Source: Octopus sinensis (lineage: Eukaryota). Taken from it: a stretch of 64,000 nt of DNA. Under the pieces are notes generated by a model. That model saw nothing but the letters and a program-made list of their open reading frames with translations, searched no databases and was not told where the DNA came from. The position numbers were made by a program, and so were the translations under genes. How positions within the stretch are numbered: position 1 is the first letter of the stretch; the number at the start of each line of letters is the position of its first letter. Of the stretch, positions 1 to 12,855 are shown piece after piece. The stretch spans positions 93,000,001 through 93,064,000 of the forward strand of contig NC_043001.1 in assembly GCF_006345805.1 (NCBI RefSeq), written 5' to 3'.

Positions 1-44
<44 letters not shown>

Positions 45-63
45 ATATATATAATATATATAG

Positions 64-157
<94 letters not shown>

Positions 158-193
158 TAATATATATATATATAATATATATATATATATATC

Positions 194-232
<39 letters not shown>

Positions 233-235
233 TAT
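1..235. repeat. (TA)n microsatellite, one of many
   Basis: Direct inspection. Similar TA-rich tracts at about 2590-2795, 3930-4740, 10340-10570, 17490-17565, 23970-24060, 37270-37760, 54049-54105, 58385-58620 and 63930-63980. Confidence 0.98.
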
Positions 236-1274
236 GTGAAATAGAAAGATGAATAATCTTGTAGTAGATTAATCAAAAGTTTAACCGATACCTAGTAGCA
301 AAAATCACAGCAGTAAAACGCACAGTTGGAGGTACAACCATCTGGCGTTGCAACCTGCGTTGGTGCGGATAATTGAAATTAAAACATTATTGGTGAATTG
401 AAGAAATGGAGCTGAACGCAGATTGAACAGAAATCGTTTATTCATTCTACACGTGTTTCGAAAGGCACAAATTACCAAAATCCGATTGAATAATGGGACC
501 ATATTGTGTCTTTCTCTTCAGGAAGAAAAAAGAAATCCGTTGGAAAAACAAAACAGAACAGAGGCGGAGCAAAAACAAATCGAACTATGCTCCTAAGAGC
601 CCATGGCGAAACTGTTTATCAGTGTATGTTGAGAACCGGTGGCTGAAGAATTCAACGGTCAGGCATCGGTCAATCATGTGGGTGAGGGTGTATAGATGTT
701 CTTTGTGACCGAGAATAAAGTTCTGACTATTTAAGGAATATTGGATGTTTTTAAGGGGCGAGAAAAAATCTACTTAGAGACGTGTGTGTGTGTATACTGT
801 TCTATATATGTGTGTGTTGGCGTAGGGGTAGAAAATATTTTTTGTGTACGTGTGTGCGTTTGATCGTTCGGCTGTCAGTGGCTACTGCCGTGAGAACCGT
901 TGGGTGGCAGAAAGAAAAAAATATATATATATTATGTTTTATGTGTGTGTGTGTTCATCTAAGCCTGCCTGTCAAGGAAACCCCCGCTGTGAAAAAACCA
1001 AGCCCCGTTTGTCTTACAGGAGTAATTCCCCTTGCAGTGGTTAATCGTAGATATCTAAAGGCTATTCAGAATTTGTTACAAGGGCTATGGGTGCGGTATT
1101 ATTTATAAACGCTATTTAAAAGCCAGATAAGTGTAACGCCGCCAATGGGGGCATCGAAAAGCCGACTGTAAAAGCCCGTTTACCATCCGGCCTCTGGCAA
1201 ACAAAATATGGAAGGGTTCGGAGACACAAAGGTTGCACTGTCTTCTGCCCCTATCAAATGGGAGGGCCACCGAC
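236..1274 (-). mobile_element. Penelope-like element (PLE) 3' fragment: GIY-YIG endonuclease C-terminus plus terminal repeat, embedded in (TA)n
   Basis: Minus frame 1273->1112 reads SVALPFDRGRRQCNLCVSEPFHILFARGRMVNGLLQSAFRCPHWRRYTYLAFK*, matching the A.P[YF]...C.LC..E...I...N......C.H motif at the end of PLE GIY-YIG domains. A hammerhead motif lies downstream on the same strand, and both ends abut (TA)n. Confidence 0.8.
434..533 (-). ncRNA. Type I hammerhead ribozyme (PLE-associated)
   Basis: Minus strand: CUGAAGA (521-515); stem II GAAAGACACAA (514-504) with UUGUGCCUUUC (470-460), 10/11 bp; GAAAC (459-455); palindromic stem III ACACGUGU (456-449); GUA triplet with predicted cut between 448 and 447; stem I GAAUGAAUAAA against UUUUUUCUUC, with bulges. 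Confidence 0.8.
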
Positions 1275-1298
1275 ATATATATATATATATATATATAT

Positions 1299-1846
1299 AC
1301 TAGCAGCTAAGCCCGGTTTCACTCAGATGATGTGACTGTGATCGTTTTCTGTTAGGCGTATGTGAATGATAATTAAGTTCAGACCTGCACATGGTAGCTA
1401 GACCTGGTAGAAATAGCAACCAAATCTCCCTCAAAACACCCTATTGTCTTAATCCGACAATTCTGCCTATTATGTAGTGTGAATGAGAAACTGTAACTAA
1501 AGATTAAGATTATTAACCCCACAAAGAGGTGAAAGAAGAGAGCGAAAGTTTTGGCTGACTGTCATCTTGTACTCCCCTTGTTGCTAGCGAAATGGTATAT
1601 GCCGGCTGTGTGACCAACTGGTTATTTTAATGGCGGAACAAACAGGGGAATTCCATTAGTAAAAGTTTTAATCGATTTTCTCGGTAAGTTTGGGGGCTAA
1701 GAAAAAAAATAGAAACCGCATTCCAATCTATGCACTCGTCTCCATATGTGTGCCATTTTTCATGCGAATCTACCCAGCCGTTTGACTGTGAACCTCAAGA
1801 CAAGAAAGAATACAACGATCGCCCATGTCCAATTTATATTATAGAT
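1299..1846 (+). mobile_element. Non-autonomous Helitron/Helentron-like (Lep1/DINE-type) element
   Basis: Starts ACTAGCAG..agcccgg; ends gtgtgccatttttcatgcgaatctacccagccgtttg...atttatattatagat. Same terminal layout as the element at 25804-26245. Confidence 0.55.
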
Positions 1847-1914
1847 ATATTGAGAGGCTCCTGGTTGACTCTGTGTAGGCGTTGGAAGGCTAACGTTTTC
1901 ATTGAAGATAATTC

Positions 1915-2137
1915 TAGTTGTTGCTGATACGATTATTGCAGTTGTTGGTAGTGGTGGTGATAGTGCTGTTATCATTACTGTTGTTGGTGTTGCTATTGCT
2001 GTTGTTGTTATGCTGTTGTGTTGTTATGCTGTTGTGTTGTTGTCATGTTGTTGTTGTGTTGTCATTGTTGTTGTTGATGTTTTGCTGTCGTTGTTGTAGT
2101 ACTGTTGCTGATATTATGTTGTTGCTACTGCAGTTGC

Positions 2138-2174
<37 letters not shown>

Positions 2175-2669
2175 GATGATGATGATGTTGTTGTTTTCGT
2201 TGCTGCTCTTATTATTGGTGTGGTTATTGCTGTTGTTGTTATTGTTGTTGTTGGTACTGTTGTAAGATGTTGTTGCTGAGAATGTTAGATAACAGCTATA
2301 ATGCAAAACATAAAACACAGAAATAATATGTAAAACTAAGAAATATCAATAACAAATATAAATAAAATATTAAAACACATACTTCCCACACGGTTTCCCC
2401 AAACCACCTCCATTAAATAACATCAACCACCACCACCACCACCACAACAACAACAAAAACAACAATAACCACCAAACAACAGCAGCAGCAACAACAACAA
2501 CAACTACAACATATATACTTCATTTGAATACATCAAAACCACCTGAACGAATATCCGCTTCATACATATATACATACACACACACATACACATATATAAT
2601 ATGTGTGTGTGTGTATATAATATATATATAATATATTTATATATATGTATGTATATATATATATGTTTA

Positions 2670-2711
<42 letters not shown>

Positions 2712-2734
2712 TGTGTGTGTATATATATATAATA

Positions 2735-2775
<41 letters not shown>

Positions 2776-2924
2776 GTATATGTATATATATATAACATTT
2801 ATGAATTTAAAACTGGAATATTTATTATTTCTACAACTTTGTCGTCGGTGTTGTTGCAGTTGTCGTCGTCGTCGTCGTCGTCACCACCACCACCACCACC
2901 ACCACCCACCACCACCATCATCAG

Positions 2925-2959
<35 letters not shown>

Positions 2960-3586
2960 GCATCAGCATCATCATCGTTGTTGTTGTTAGTGTTTCTATC
3001 GTTATTGTCGATTATATATATATATATATATATAATATATATATATATTAGATATATGAGCATATTAGTTTGTTTAGCTTCTTGTTTCCTTTATATTGAA
3101 GCATGATCGTTTTGTGTTTTGTTCTGTTTTCTTTTTAAAACTATTTTCAAATTCTAAATTATTCACTATTAAAAAATATTCAAGTTTACTATTAAAAAGA
3201 ATGAAAAAAGCAAAAAAAAAAAAAGCATACATAGATTAAGTAAAAAAAAAAAAAAACGAAAAAGAAAAAAATACATACACACACGCTCACACATACATGC
3301 ATACAGTACAAATTAAGACACACGCACTCGTACACACACGTACTCACACGTGCTCGCATACAGTACAGATTAACGATTATATTGAAGAAAATGGTATACG
3401 TATGCTTGCTGCTATCATCATCAATATCATCATCATCACCACCACCACCACCACCACCACTACCACCACCACCACTACCACCACCACCACCACCACCACC
3501 ACCACCACCACTACCACCACCACCACCACCATCATCATCATTATCATTACAATTACTATAATATTTGTTGTTGTTATTACTATTAC

Positions 3587-3629
<43 letters not shown>

Positions 3630-3672
3630 GTATAATAATAATAATAATAATATAATAATAATTATTATTATA

Positions 3673-3703
<31 letters not shown>

Positions 3704-3750
3704 ATTATTATTATGCAATAAAATATATCATTATTATTGCTATTATTATT
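1915..3750. repeat. Block of compound trinucleotide microsatellites (GTT/GAT, CAC/CAA, GTC/CAC/CAT, AAT/ATT)
   Basis: Direct inspection. These account for the poly-L/I/T/H ORFs in the track. Confidence 0.95.
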
Positions 3751-3946
3751 TTAAACGCCGAGAGAAACTTGCAATTGTGAAAAATGGTGCGGAAAACTAT
3801 ATCAGATGGAGGGAAAATCATTGTACGTTTTACATTACCGTTCCCTTATAATACTTCTTGTTGTTGATGTCATTGTTGAAGTTTAGCTGTTATTGTGCTG
3901 CCACTTTTAGTGTTGTTAACGGCAGCTTTTGGAATATATATATAAA

Positions 3947-3982
<36 letters not shown>

Positions 3983-4686
3983 TGTATGTATGTATGTATG
4001 TATGTATGTATGTATGTATATATATATGTATATATATATGAATGTATATATATATGCATATATGCATATGTATATGTGTATACATACATTTGTGTACGTA
4101 TGTATGCATGTATGTATATATATATATATTTATATATATATATATATACATGTATATACATATATGCATATATATATGCATACATATATGTATATATGCA
4201 TATATATACATATATATGTATGTTTATATATATATACATACATAAGTATATATTATATATATATATCCATACATATATATATATATATATATATACATAC
4301 ATATATATATATATGTGCATATGGGTGTACATATGTATGCTCATGTATATCTATATATGTATATGTATATATGCATATTTATATATATATATATATATGT
4401 ATGTTTATGTACATATCTTTATATATATATCTCTATGTGTATATACATATATGTGTATTGATATACTTATGTGTGTGGGTGGGTGTGAGTGGCCTTCTAT
4501 GACTGTGCGTGCGCGTTTGCGTTTGTGTTTCAGAGTGTGTATAAATATTGAGTAAGAAAGCGGGTAAGATACGCAACGTGGGTATATAGTATATGATTGC
4601 GTATATGAATGTGTGTATGTACATACACCATAGATATACGTACGTAAACTCAGTCATATACAAATATATGTATACATGTATATATA

Positions 4687-4740
<54 letters not shown>

Positions 4741-5166
4741 AATCCCTAACCATAAGCATAAACGTATATAAAGAAAAAAAATACCCACGAACACAGGCAT
4801 ATAGCTACGAACAAGCGCACATTGTCATATACACGTGCGCGCACCCGCATTCATCTATTTATTTTAAATGGGATATTGCAGAATCTATTAACAAGACAAA
4901 GAATATCAAAGGTTGCATATATATTAAAAACAGGAAATTTAACATAAAATTCAGAAGAGATTTCCCATAGAATTTAGAAATTCTTGTTTATTTGTCAAAT
5001 TTTATTATTGTTTTTATTTGGTGTAGAAATAGTAAAAAATATGCATTTACGTATATGTGCTATTATATGGATATTATATGTGTGTGTGTTTGTGCGCGTG
5101 TATGTATATAGTTTATGTTTATATGTGTGTGTGCATATAAATACACACAAACACACACACACACAT

Positions 5167-5200
<34 letters not shown>

Positions 5201-5475
5201 TTATACATACATACATACATACATACATACATACATACATACATACATACGTACATACATACATACGTACATACATATATATATATATTTATATATGCAC
5301 ATATGATAAATTATATATATATATAATATATATATATATATATAACATATATATATATATATATATGTGCACACATAATATGTATTTATAAATAGTCGCA
5401 TTCATATATAATAATATTATATAACTATATCTATGTCTGTCCATACGAGCGTGTATATCTATCTATCTATCTATC

Positions 5476-5512
<37 letters not shown>

Positions 5513-7409
5513 ATATGTGTGTATAGTAGCATTCATATATAATTTATGTATCTATTTCTACATCTGTTATGTGTGTTGTGTAATATATATATATATATTA
5601 TATATATATTATAATATATATATATATATATACGTACATCAACATAAACTGCATATATATATATATATATATATATATACAGTTTTACATTATATATATG
5701 CATTATATAATATATATATATATGCCGTTTTACCTAACCCCTTTTAGCAGATGGAAGCATGTAATAGCGAGCATGTGTATGCATGTGTGTGTGTGTGTTG
5801 TGTGCTCATCGGAGTGCATTTGAAGCTTAATAAATAAACATTGTATGGCGCCCCTGACTCAGGCTGTGTTTGATGTGAGTTCGTATTTCAGCGTAGTTAT
5901 TGGATTCTGACTTTAACCAATACATTTAACCCATGTAGCCCTGCATTCAAACCGATGCACTATATAAAACTCTTAAGCGACAGTATAATGAAATACAGGA
6001 ACTCATATTAAACAGCTTTTGTGCGTCTTTCAAAGCCAACACAAAGCTATACAACCAGACAAGCAAACAAACAAACTAGCAAACAAAAGATCGTATACAA
6101 CCATATTGAGATTGCTAGAAATGTGCATACACAAGCGTTTATATTCAAATACTCATACTCATGCATATCTAGGCTCAAACGCACTTATATTTTTACTGGC
6201 ATACACACGCTTAACCACACCACTAAACACATCAGAATCTAACTGAAAGTACGAATAAAAAGAATAAAAAAAAGACTTCTCTAAAAATCTGTTTCTGTGT
6301 CATCAAACAAGTCATATATTGATTACTTTTCTTAATTAACTCTCAACCTTCACCGAACACTGTCAGTTTGATTTTGCTATTCTATAAGACTTAGTTCCAA
6401 TGGCTGTCAGTTTCGATTGCTATTTGCAAAGGTACAGGAGCAGTATTTTATTACATTCTGTTTAGCACAAATAACATGTATGCATATATAGTCCACTCGA
6501 TCGGTGCGTTTGTTGAAGTTTTTAAAATGAGAATCTTATAAATTAGCAGTCACTTTCTCATTTGATAAAGGAAAAGTTTTGACTTGTGGCTGAAATGAAT
6601 TTCTCGAAATGAGGGCCTATGTGACTGATATAAATGATATCATCAAAGGGTTCTTGGTAGAACTTGATCTTTGAATACACGATCTTCGAAACATGGGCTA
6701 AAATTCATAAAAAGCTATATTAGTTCAATGATTTTGTGGTGTCATTCCTTCTGTGAAAATACGTATCACTCCTATATCCACGAAATTGGATTATAATTTC
6801 CTTCTTAATAAGAACTATATTATCACTTTTTATATTAATCACTCCAATCGCAATAAAACATCTCAGCCAGATTATCGATCACTTAGGAATGAAATGGAAA
6901 TTCTTCCTCAGCAGAATTTGAACTCAGAATGCAAAGCAGCAGTTAACTAAATATAAGACATTTTGTACCCTTTCCAACAATTACGACATATCCCGTTCTA
7001 AAAGAAAAAACAAAAAAACAAAAAAAAAAACAAAAAAAAACACAAAAACCCAACCCAAAAGTTATTGTAATTGCAAGAGAAGCTGTGAAATTGACGAATC
7101 ACAGGATTAATATCAGGACGAAATCTCTAAATCTTTTTCAGTAGACAAATTATAAGCCACCACCCATCCATCCACTCGAACAGAAAATTTGTGGTCTAAA
7201 CAACCATAAATTTAAGGAAACATTATACAATCGACGAAAACGAAAAAAAAAAAGTTAGTATCTTTAAATTGCATATATTTAGAGTTTCTGCAAATCCTCC
7301 AGTATTAACAAAACCATGACAAATGGCATTTATTGAGATTATAATGCAGCAACAGCTAGCTTCTGCATGTAGTAGAGCAAGCAGCACAGAAAAAAAAAAA
7401 CGAGTAAGC

Positions 7410-7441
<32 letters not shown>

Positions 7442-7800
7442 AAAAATGGAAAAAAAGCCCAGTTCACTTGTCTTTGGCTGCGTTACCATACCAACAACTG
7501 GTTACTTTTAAACCTGCCAGCCGATGATTGACAAAATTATGACTTGCGTTCAAATGAACAATAACAACAACAACAACAACAACAACAACACTAATGATAA
7601 TAATAATTATAATATTAATAATGATGATGATGATAATGATGATGATGATGATGATGATGATGAAGATGATGCTGATAATAATTATAAGAATAATAATAAT
7701 AATAATAATAATAATTAATTCTTGTTATTTTTATATTTTTTTTAATAAAAAATAAAATAAAAATAAAAGAATTAATTATTATTATTATTATTATTATTAA

Positions 7801-7845
<45 letters not shown>

Positions 7846-8397
7846 TATCATCATTTTTATAATAATAATAATAATAATAATAATGATGATGATAATAATG
7901 ATAATAATAATAATAATAGTGCTGTCATATTTGTCCTTGTTTCTGAACTCTGTTCTTGCCTGTTGTTTACCTTCAACTTCACAATACGCATGGCTACCAC
8001 TACCACCACCCACTACCAGCACTACCGCCACCATCTCCACCATCTCCACCATCTCCACCACCACCGTCGTCATTGTCGTCGCCACCATTCTAATAGAATG
8101 GAATGTTGTCCTTCACGCTGTACATATTTGATTATGACAAACAAGGAAATATTTCATGTCATTCATTCATCGTTTCTGTTTTACATATGTTAATGTTAAT
8201 ATTTTCTGACACTATGTGTCTTTCTCTTTTTCCCATATTCGCGCTTATGCAGATATCTGTGTACATGCGCTGTGTCAATACATGTCCTTCTGTTTCTGTG
8301 TCTGCCTGAACGCGTATCTTTGTATCTCTATCTCTCTAGACACATGCACGCATAGGCATATAAATATATATACGCACAGATTTTATATAAATATATC

Positions 8398-8580
8398 TGT
8401 TTCTTTATTACCCACAAGGGGCTAAACACAGAGGGGACAAACAAGGACAGACAAACGGATTAAGTCGATTACATCAACCCCAGTGCGTAACTGGTACTTA
8501 ATTTATCGACCCCGAAAGGATGAAAGGAAAAGTCGACCTCGGCGGAATTTGAACTCAGAACGTAACGGCAGATGAAATAC
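8398..8580 (-). mobile_element. tRNA-derived SINE, family B, 5'-truncated
   Basis: Reverse complement of the body and tail of the full copy at 50939-51171. Confidence 0.85.
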
Positions 8581-8609
8581 GACTACGCCTACGACTACGA
8601 CTACGACTA

Positions 8610-9566
8610 CACCTTAAGAATTATATCGACACACTCAGCCTACCAATGAAGGAAGGTGGCATAGGATTACTAAGCGTAAAAGACACTTTTAGTGCTGTGA
8701 TACTGGGTCTGAAAAAATAAGTTTTGCGTAGAGTAAAGAAAGAATACTATAGACAACCAGAGATACCCAACAAGTGACTGAAACAGTCGGAGAATTCAAA
8801 GAGAAAAGGATGAACAACAAAACAAAGAAACAGAATTCTATGGTCAATTTATGCAACAAACCGAGATTTTTGTAAGTAAGGAACGCTGTTTCTGACTGAC
8901 TGGCTAGAAATTGTAGCGAGAGACCGAAACGCTAATTATAGCTGTCCAGTAACAAGCTATTAGAACAAATTTGATAAAGGCAAATAATGACAAAACTCGG
9001 TCAGACAGCAAATGTGGAATATGCAGGAAAGGGGACGAAAGTATCTATCGCCTCTTGAGTAAGTGCAGTATACAAGTACAAAGAGTGTATAAGTGCAGGC
9101 ATGGTCGTGTAGGCAAAAAAGTATATTGGAATGTTAACCGAATGTGTGCTTCAAATTAACAGAAAAGTGGCGTGAATACGAACCAAAGGCTGTGATAGAA
9201 AATAAGAATTATAGGATCTTGTGAGATTTCCCCATAAAGACTGACCATACTATTGAAGCAAGAAGGCAAAATAAACAGTGTAAGATCATAGATTTTGGAA
9301 TTCCATTTGATTGCAGAATCAATTCTCAAAGAAATTGAAAAAAATTGAGAACTAACAGGATCTAGAGATGATTGGTGCACTTGGCACAACACCAAAAACA
9401 GATTGAAAGAGATTGGAATTGAAACTTTGCATTGTCGACTTGCAGAAAAGCACTATCGTATATTCTACTTGAATCCGAAGGACGATTCTTGAGATTTGAG
9501 AAGACTTGTTCTTACAAAAGCTCAACATAAAATGCCTGCTAATTAAAATTAGCATGTACTTGGTTA

Positions 9567-9567
<1 letters not shown>
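8610..9567 (+). mobile_element. Decayed R4/Dong-clade non-LTR retrotransposon, 3' part (end of RT, CCHC finger, restriction-like endonuclease)
   Basis: HLKNYIDTLSLPMKEGGIGL (LP.KEGG.GL motif); KCGICRKGDESIYRLLSKCS...YKCRHGRVGKKVYW; EPKAVIENKNYRIL*DFPIKTDHTIEARR; IIDFGIPFD; IGALGTTPK. Contains stops and frameshifts; followed by (TAA)n from 9568. Confidence 0.85.
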
Positions 9568-9603
<36 letters not shown>

Positions 9604-9626
9604 TGATGATGATGATGATGATGATG

Positions 9627-9657
<31 letters not shown>

Positions 9658-9922
9658 TAATAATACTGTAGCCGTAAAATACTCTCTATGTAATCTCAAA
9701 TTTTATAACAAACATACTTTTCGTATGGTTTCTTAAGCATTCTCTAGAATAACACTATATACAAAACCAAATATATGGCACCCTAAGCATAACAACAGCA
9801 TGAACTTGTAATTTGTTTTCTTTTGAAGTCTCTGGGTGAGACTTGGAACCAACTTGTACAAACGCAAAGTACAATCAGACTTAAAATAATAATAATAATA
9901 ATAATGATGATGATGATATGAT

Positions 9923-9982
<60 letters not shown>

Positions 9983-9996
9983 GTGATAATAATGAT

Positions 9997-10088
<92 letters not shown>

Positions 10089-10374
10089 TATTTATAATAA
10101 TAATACGGCAGATTAACAAGCTCCTGATGCAAGGAAATTTTTCTGTAAGGGCTTTTCGTTGTTTTCAGCTTTTCAAGCACACGTTTTATAAAATAATAGC
10201 TAACAGAAATATTTCCTGCTGTAAGGAGTGCGTTAATTTGATAAAAAATTAATTTCGTTATTTAAATGATAATTTTTAATTTAAGAAAATCTCTTTGTAA
10301 ATACACACGCACGCGTTTATTTGCACACACAAACGTATGCATTATATATATATATATATATATATTATTATATA

Positions 10375-10407
<33 letters not shown>

Positions 10408-10486
10408 CATACATATATATATATATATATATATTTAATGTATGTATATATGTATATGTATATATATGTATATATATATGTATATA

Positions 10487-10562
<76 letters not shown>

Positions 10563-12468
10563 ATATATACACATACATATATACATACACATACTCACAT
10601 ACACATATACACACATTATTTCACGTCCAGCTGCTTTCCTCAACGTGGTGTCTATTGATCTTTATTTCTTAGTGTTATTAAATTGTCTTCGAGGTTTAAG
10701 CTTGGTCCCCAGCTTTCTGCTTTTGCTACTTGTTATTCCACTAAATAACAATTCTACATAGAACATTTCCTTTACATAGACACAATAGTAGGAAGTGAAA
10801 ATTTTAAAACACGCTGACGAGGATTTTGAAACGAAAATATAACACTTTGAGGAAAAATATCGGGATAGTGTGAAAAACAAAGAGTTCGGAACATTGGCAA
10901 TGAAACAGGTATGATGTAGAGTGAGAATACGACAGACAGACAGACAAAGAAGAGAAAAATAACATTAGAAGAAAATATATTGTCAAGAAGCAAAGGAAGG
11001 TTTGATCAGTACAAAACAGTTCAAACTAAATTTCATATTTATGCTGAAAGAAAGAACTAAAATGATGGCGATGCTCGCAACAATTTAATAGTCTCAAAGT
11101 AAGTGCAACAGTTACATTTACAATTTGTGTAGGTGTGTTGTTTACATATCCAAGTTATTTAACAGTCAACTTGCTCGAGCTAAACTAAATAGGTAATATG
11201 GTGTAAAGAATTGTATCAATAAGTATGATTTTATCAGTTTACCATGTTAGTTGAAAATCTTTTAAGTGCATGGCTTGAAGAGGAATGGAATCTATCTAAC
11301 AGTTAGACTTATTATTGATATACTACAAGAAAACAAAATTCTTCAACGATTACTGAAATACGTTTGGATCATGGGATTATTGGTCAATAGCAACATTAAT
11401 TTTAAAAAGAAGACAAAGGAAATGAATAATAAATATGACATTTTCAAAGCAATTGGAACCTTGTAAAGGTAGGTGTCACTAAAGTAGATATTATAACTTG
11501 GCGCTGTCGAAAAGAAAAAGCTGGAAGGACATCACCTTTGCAATATCAAATTTTGTACGTCATGCTGACCTGAAGAGCTACTGCGTATACATTTTCTTTC
11601 CATACCGCTAAGATCATTAAATTCTATTGATTCATTTTGGATGATTCAATTGACTAAATCATTCTTTCTGTAAACAATTGAAGAAATGACTGTAATTAAT
11701 AGATGACATTTTTCTATTTTCGTTCCAGCTGATTTAGTAGTTGCATTGAAAAACCATACAGTAGTACAAAAATCTACATTTTTACAGATCTGTTAAAGCA
11801 TCTTTTTCAAACAAATTCGTGACGTATCTATGCAGAAACACAGAGGCAAGTTTCCAAGATTTTGAGAATACCCAACCAAAATATTCCATTCCTATTTGTA
11901 ATACTTTCACTTCAAATATACCTCTAATACCACAGGAAAAACACATGAAGACGCCTCAGACTTACAGCAACACTTTATTTCAATCCGAAACTCTGTGTCT
12001 ATACAATCTATCAAGCAAAGTGAATCTCCGCGCAGTTGCTGAAATTGCTAGTTATATCTTCTACATTTTCCTCAACACATGTCCAACCACCTTAAAAAAG
12101 AAGGATATATTGGACAATATACTTCATGATATAGTGAATGACAACATGATCCCAGCTGGAATGTGTTTCTTCATAGATCTGCTTGAAGAAAGGCTGACCA
12201 TAGGCTAAGCAACAAGAACAAAAGCAGCTAAAATAAAAATAACGGAAACCCAACGGAAACAACAATCTAGCTACTATTCGACCAAAACTGCACGCATAGA
12301 AAAAGTCATGTTTCAAGAAAGGTTTTCTCGAAGAGGATAATAGTAGTGGTGTGGTAACTACGACAAACAGCATTCTCACAGTCATCCACCAGCTTTAGAA
12401 ATTTTACTACAAGTTCGTAGTGATTAATAAATCTCTGAGCGAGGTATAAACAGTAGCTGCACGAAATC

Positions 12469-12855
12469 GTGAAGTATATTTGCCACTTAAATATGGCTAA
12501 CCCCTAAAGGTGGATGCTACTGTAGTTTGTAGCCCCAGGAGGACATCTCCTCCAGCTGGCTGTTGACACACTTTCTATGTCCTATCAGTATTTGCTAAGG
12601 GAAGCCATCCTTCCCATCTTCAACCTGTATGATACACACGGACTCGAGTTTCTGGGTATTGACCCGTCTATCCAGAAACTCGAGTCCGTGTGTATCTTAG
12701 GTTGAAGACGGGAAGGATGGCTTCCCTTGCAAATACTGATAGGGCACAGAAAGTGTGTCAATAGCCAGCTGGAGGAGGTGTCCTCCTTGAGCTACAAGCT
12801 ACAGTAGCATCCACCCTTAGGGGTTAGCCACATTTAAGTGGCAAATATACTTCAC
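12469..12855. mobile_element. Foldback (MITE-like) element with ~190-bp inverted arms
   Basis: 12469-12658 is the reverse complement of 12669-12855, with about 11 substitutions and 2 small indels around a 10-nt loop. No TSD recognised. Confidence 0.8.

Noticed and set aside
590-770. Stop-free ~60-codon minus frame inside the PLE terminal repeat (SPLKNIQYSLNSQNF...GLLGA*)
   Set aside because: No recognisable motif; left as part of the PLE repeat rather than called coding.
1902-5747. Long ORFs rich in L, I, T, H or YI/MY/CV repeats, here and throughout the track
   Set aside because: They are translations of di-, tri- and tetranucleotide microsatellites that happen to lack stops; no splice signals or domain motifs.
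10814-10840. CTGACGA...GAAAC hammerhead-like spacing
   Set aside because: No GUH triplet or stem III follows and stem II does not pair; consistent with chance.
11819-12208. 129-aa non-repetitive plus-strand ORF
   Set aside because: GTG start, no recognisable motif, no clear splice sites, antisense to the host gene; probably chance or decayed TE. A BLASTx search would settle it.
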